The notes under the pieces are model-generated. The model was not told where the DNA came from. It searched no databases and was given only the letters and a program-made list of their open reading frames with translations. Position numbers and translations under genes: made by a program. A stretch of 64,000 nt of DNA, taken from contig JAGIQG010000022.1 of NCBI GenBank assembly GCA_024679065.1, positions 23,684,001-23,748,000 on the forward strand, given 5' to 3'. Positions 59,851 through 64,000 of the stretch are shown one piece after another (the first letter of the stretch is position 1; the number at the start of each line of letters is the position of its first letter). The stretch is from Sphyrna mokarran (Eukaryota).

Positions 59851-61294
59851 TAACCCTCTAAATGTAAAAGGCAGCATTCCATTAGACTTGTTGGGGTTGA
59901 GAGAGGAAATTTACAAAAGTGGGGGGGGGGGAGGGCAAATTTTTCAGTTCTGCACACAATTGGTGTGGACAAGGGATGAACAATGGAAATTACCGTTGAC
60001 CTCAAGAGGGACCTTCCTGTTTCAGAATGAGCGTGGCAGAAAATCCCCTCTCCCATGATATCCAGTTAAGAATACAAAGGGGGTAGATACAATTGTTACA
60101 CCCTTGTATATGCAACAGCAGCTAATATCCTAAAGGCAAGATGCCAAACTACTCTCCAGAAGATGTATAAGGCATCTAAAACTGGTATCCTGCCATTTGA
60201 GTGTCTTTAATTTAATTTTATCTATTTTGGCCTGCAAGCAAATTTGATCAAATTGTGCTAGTGTGACAGCATATTATTTTCTGCCTTCAGAATGCTTGAA
60301 AAAACCTAATAGATATTTTTCAGTCAACAATACATCGTGAGTAAGGATCATACTCTGGACAGACTAATCAACGGTTTGTGGTGAAAATAGCCCAGGTTTT
60401 TTTTTTAACTTGCCTTCCTAGATTTGTGGATGACATTCAGTCTTGATGACAGCACAATATGAGTGGTATAAGATCTACCACCAGTAATACAAATTGTCCA
60501 ATTTTCACTTCACACCCTTTTGTGAAATGGGTGGCTGATTCGACTCTGCTTCTCTGGAACTGTCAGCATTGTGAATTTCAGCCTCTTGATCGATATATTT
60601 TTGTGCCAGACCTGAGAATAGGCATTGAGAGAAAGTCCAAGTTGTTACACTCCCCGGACTTTCTCCAAAAAATCCATGCTGCCAAGGCTTATGTAAAAGT
60701 AACTTGAGGTTCAAGGAATGACCGATTGCCCTTCTGTCCAAGTGTAAGGATATAAAAGCAGTTACTGCTGAAAAAAAAATTACACCTCACCAATCAATCA
60801 GAAGATAGAGTGTTAACATCGTCCTCAAGTAGTTGTCATCTAGTCTCCAACTCAAGAAATATAGAAAAATGTTTATGCACATGGTGAAATAAATAATTAC
60901 AAATATTATTTTTTATAATCCTTTGCCTGAATTTTATCAGTTTAAAACATGGATGGATGGATTATTTGATGACTTCCTTCCAACAGTAAGGTTGATGAGG
61001 GTTTTAAAGTGCCAGAGATAGAGAGGGAGAATTTTGTGCATAATGGGGAATAAGGAAATGGCAGAGAAGCTAAAGACAATTTAGGCAGTGTGAATGGTGG
61101 CGGGCAGGACATTTAATCTGGGGAAGGCAAAAGATCACTTTCCTGATGATGAGATAAAGAGTTGGCATTTTGATATCTCGATTTTCAAGGTGGGTTAAAG
61201 ATATGTCAAACCTTCCAATTAATAATATCAGCAACCCCATTTGCATGTATTAGCATCCCATGCAGTTTAATTAAAAGATTAATTTCTTATGCGG

Positions 61295-61600
61295 TAGGAG
61301 CAGTAGCGTGACACAGTGGTTAGCACTGATACCTCACTGCACCAGGGACCTTGGGTTCGATTCCTGGCTTGAGTCACCAGCTGTGTGGAATTTGGACGTC
61401 CTTCCCATGTCTTTGTGGATCTTCTTCAGGTACTCCAGTTTCCTCCCACAGTCCAAAAGATGTGCTGGCCATGCTAAATTCTCCTTCGATGTAGCTGACC
61501 AGGTACCGGAATGTAGTGATTGGGGATTTTCACAGTTATTTCAATGTTATCTTACTCGTGACACTAATAAATAAACTTTGACTTTAAACTTTGAAACTTT
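61295..61600 (+). mobile_element. V-SINE type 2
   Basis: CACAGTGGTTAGCACTG, GGTTCGATTCC; tail CTCGTGACACTAATAAATAAACTTTGACTTTAAACTT. Confidence 0.9.
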
Positions 61601-61978
61601 GCGAAGCAATCAAAGCATACCATACATAGAGAAGGAAAGGAGAGAGTGCAGAATGTGGTGTTACAGTCATAGCTAGGGTATAGAGAAAGTTCAACTTAGT
61701 ACAAAATAGATCCATTCAGAAGTCTGATGGCAGCAGCGAAGAAGCTGTTCTTGAGTTGGTTGGTACGTATCCCTGGACTTTTGTATCTTTCTTCCTGATG
61801 GAGGCAGGTGGAAGAGAGTATGTCCAAGGTGTGTGGTGTCCTTGATTTCGCTGGTTGCATTTTTGAGGCAGCATGAAGTGTAGACAATGTTAATGGATGG
61901 GAGGCTGGTTTGTGTGATGGACTGGGCTCTGCTCACAACCCTTTGCAGTTTCTTGCATTCTTGGACAGAGCAGGAGCT
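61600..61978 (-). mobile_element. Rex1/Babar 3' fragment
   Basis: ORFs KKLQRVVSRAQSIT..LPSI and RTNQLKNSFFAAAIRLLN. Confidence 0.88.
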
Positions 61979-61979
61979 A

Positions 61980-62200
61980 AGATGAGCAGAAAATTCTTTC
62001 AACAGAGGGTGGTGAATCTTAGAAAATCTTTACTCCAGCAGAGTATGGAAGTTCAGTTATTGGGAATATTCAAAACAGAGATTGATAGATTTCTGAATAT
62101 TAAATAAATTAAATATTTAATCGGGGCATTAAATTACAAAATCAGTTGTGACTTAATTGAATGGTGGAGCAGGCTCAGGGGCCTATTCCTGTTCCTACAT
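61980..62200 (+). mobile_element. CR1 3' fragment
   Basis: RKFFQQRVVNL..SL...IFKTEIDRFL; TGAATGGTGGAGCAGGCTC. Confidence 0.85.
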
Positions 62201-62249
62201 TCGAATATCTTCCAGGTTTGTGTGACAAGGGTTTACTTTTATTCTTAAT

Positions 62250-62408
62250 TATAAATTGACCTTTCTTTACTCCCTAGTTATGTCTATAACCCTATATACT
62301 GTACCCTCTTGTTTCTTTCTCCCTATGTGCTCTATGAACGGGATGTTTTGTGTATGTAAGAAACAATACTTTTCCAATGTATCCTAATACACATGACAAT
62401 AATAAATC
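62250..62408 (+). mobile_element. Rex1/Babar 3' UTR
   Basis: AAGAAACAATACTTTT..TGTATCCTAATACACATGACAATAATAAATC, matching 40195-40250. Confidence 0.75.
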
Positions 62409-62569
62409 GAAGGGTGATGGCAATTTTATTTCTTGAATGCTATTAATCTGGAGGCTCTCAACATGGAGTACCAGACAAGGTACTAATAGTGCCAAGTAAA
62501 ACATTTATTTTTTGCAAGTACCATCAGATTAATATCAGCAGCAACCAAAAGTAACATCTTTATTCTAGC

Positions 62570-62845
62570 TTATTTATTAATGTCTCAATTAGGCTTACAT
62601 TAATGCTGCAATGAAGTTACTATGAAAACCCCCTCATCACCACACACTAGCGCCTGTTCAGGTACACTGGCAGAGAATTTAGCATGGCAAATGTATCTAG
62701 CTGGCATGCCTTTTGGACTATGGGAGCAGAACAGAGCACCAAGAGGGAACCTATGCAGACATGGGGGGAGCATGCAAACTGATCCAAGCCAGGAATCAAA
62801 CCCAGGTCCCTAGCGTTGTGAGGCAGCAGTGCTAATCACTGTTGC
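62570..62845 (-). mobile_element. V-SINE type 2
   Basis: TAGGCTTACATTAATGCTGCAATGAAGTTACT...GTGAGGCAGCAGTGCTAATCACTGT. Confidence 0.9.
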
Positions 62846-63474
62846 ACCCTATAACAGCAAAAGAAGCCACTATCCAAATTGTCATCCACATTTCACATAA
62901 AACTCTACAGCACAGGAATTTGAGGATACCATAAGTCTGTTTCTGCCTTTCAATTCAATCCAAACCGATTTGTATCTTAATTTCATCGTACACTATTCCT
63001 ACTTCCATCAGCTTAAAAAAATTACAAGCCCCTGTTTCAAATATTTTCATCACCAAAACTCAACAGTTTTTTGGGACAGTTCCAGATTTCCACTAGCTTT
63101 TGTGTGAAAAGCTGTCTGACATCACCCCAAATTCCTTGATAGATTAGAACAATACACTGGAAATTGCATAAGTAGATCGGTCCCCCTAGTGCTAAACATT
63201 TGAATAGAAACTGAAATATTTGTTTATTTGTGAAACTGGAGGCTCCTATTTCTGACTGCAAATCATCATTTCAAGGTCTATGATTCCTGCTGACATAAAC
63301 TGCTTTCACCTTAGCATATGCAAACACCTTATTACTAATGCATAAGACCATAAATGAAAATATTGCAAGAATATTGAGTTCTTTTACACTTTGTATTCCA
63401 AGCAGAAGTCTAACTCAGAATAGGCCAACTTATTAAATGGCCATTTTATGACTGCACCACACCAGAAGATTTCT

Positions 63475-63790
63475 TTAAATATTCATTCATGGAATGTGAG
63501 AAATGGTGGCATTTATTGCCTATTCTTATTGTTCAGAAGGTGATGGTGAGCCTCCTCCTTCATCTACTGCAGTCCACAGCATGTAGGTAATTCCACAGTG
63601 CTGTTGGGTTGGAAGATCCAGAATCTTGACCCAAGAATGATAAAGGAATGGCAGTATATTTCCAAGCCAAAATGGAGTATGACTTGAAGGGTTTTCCCAA
63701 GCACTTGCTGACCTTGTTCTTCTAGATGCTGATTTGGAAGACACTGTTGAAGGAACTTGGTGAGTTATTTATAGTGTGCTTTGTAGTGGA
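63475..63790 (-). mobile_element. CR1-group LINE 3' end (family-B partner type)
   Basis: ATTCATTCATGGAATGTG...GCATTTATTGCC...GTGAGCCTCCTCCTT..ACTGCAGTCC...CCAGAATCTTGACCCA. Confidence 0.78.
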
Positions 63791-64000
63791 CACACATTTC
63801 AGACACTGTTGTTCTGGAGAATTAAAAGTCGTTGATTATCAAGGAGAAGCATTAGTGAAATAAGTCAACAGAGGCTAGTGTTCCTTCACCAGATTTCCTT
63901 TCATTTACAAGCTCTGTTATAGTTCATTGTATGTTACAAGCTCTGAGTCAGCATCCAGAGTGCCAAGAGACCTGACACCCCTAGTTATATCTGCAGAAAA

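Noticed and set aside
63790-64000. Possible LTR start at the window end
   Set aside because: Truncated by the window, so no second terminus or TSD can be verified.

Overview
This is non-coding, repeat-rich vertebrate DNA, almost certainly from an elasmobranch (shark). The main evidence is many HE1/V-SINE copies ending in HER1 (CR1) tails. I found no intact host protein-coding exon, rRNA, tRNA or CRISPR array; nearly all listed ORFs are repeat-derived or chance ORFs. The window is a mosaic of nested transposable elements. It holds HE1 V-SINEs with two alternative 3' tails, a second tRNA-derived SINE with its partner LINE, and a DeuSINE remnant. It also holds CR1, L2, RTE and Rex1/Babar LINE fragments, Penelope-like elements (PLEs), a decayed GalEa-type Copia element with a tRNAi-Met PBS, a decayed Gypsy element, solo LTRs and Harbinger-like MITEs. 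Between these lie repeat-poor islands that could be conserved non-coding elements. The most notable observations are: (i) at least six decayed minimal hammerhead-ribozyme motifs of three sequence families, one forming a ~96 bp insertion with a 12 bp TSD; (ii) a V-SINE subfamily whose tail resembles the local Rex1/Babar 3' end rather than CR1; (iii) a 200 bp inverted copy of nearby DNA inserted inside a CR1 fragment; (iv) a three-level nest (LTR, SINE, inverted PLE repeats); and (v) a GalEa Copia relic. Family names come from recalled consensus motifs, not database searches. Boundaries of old fragments are approximate.
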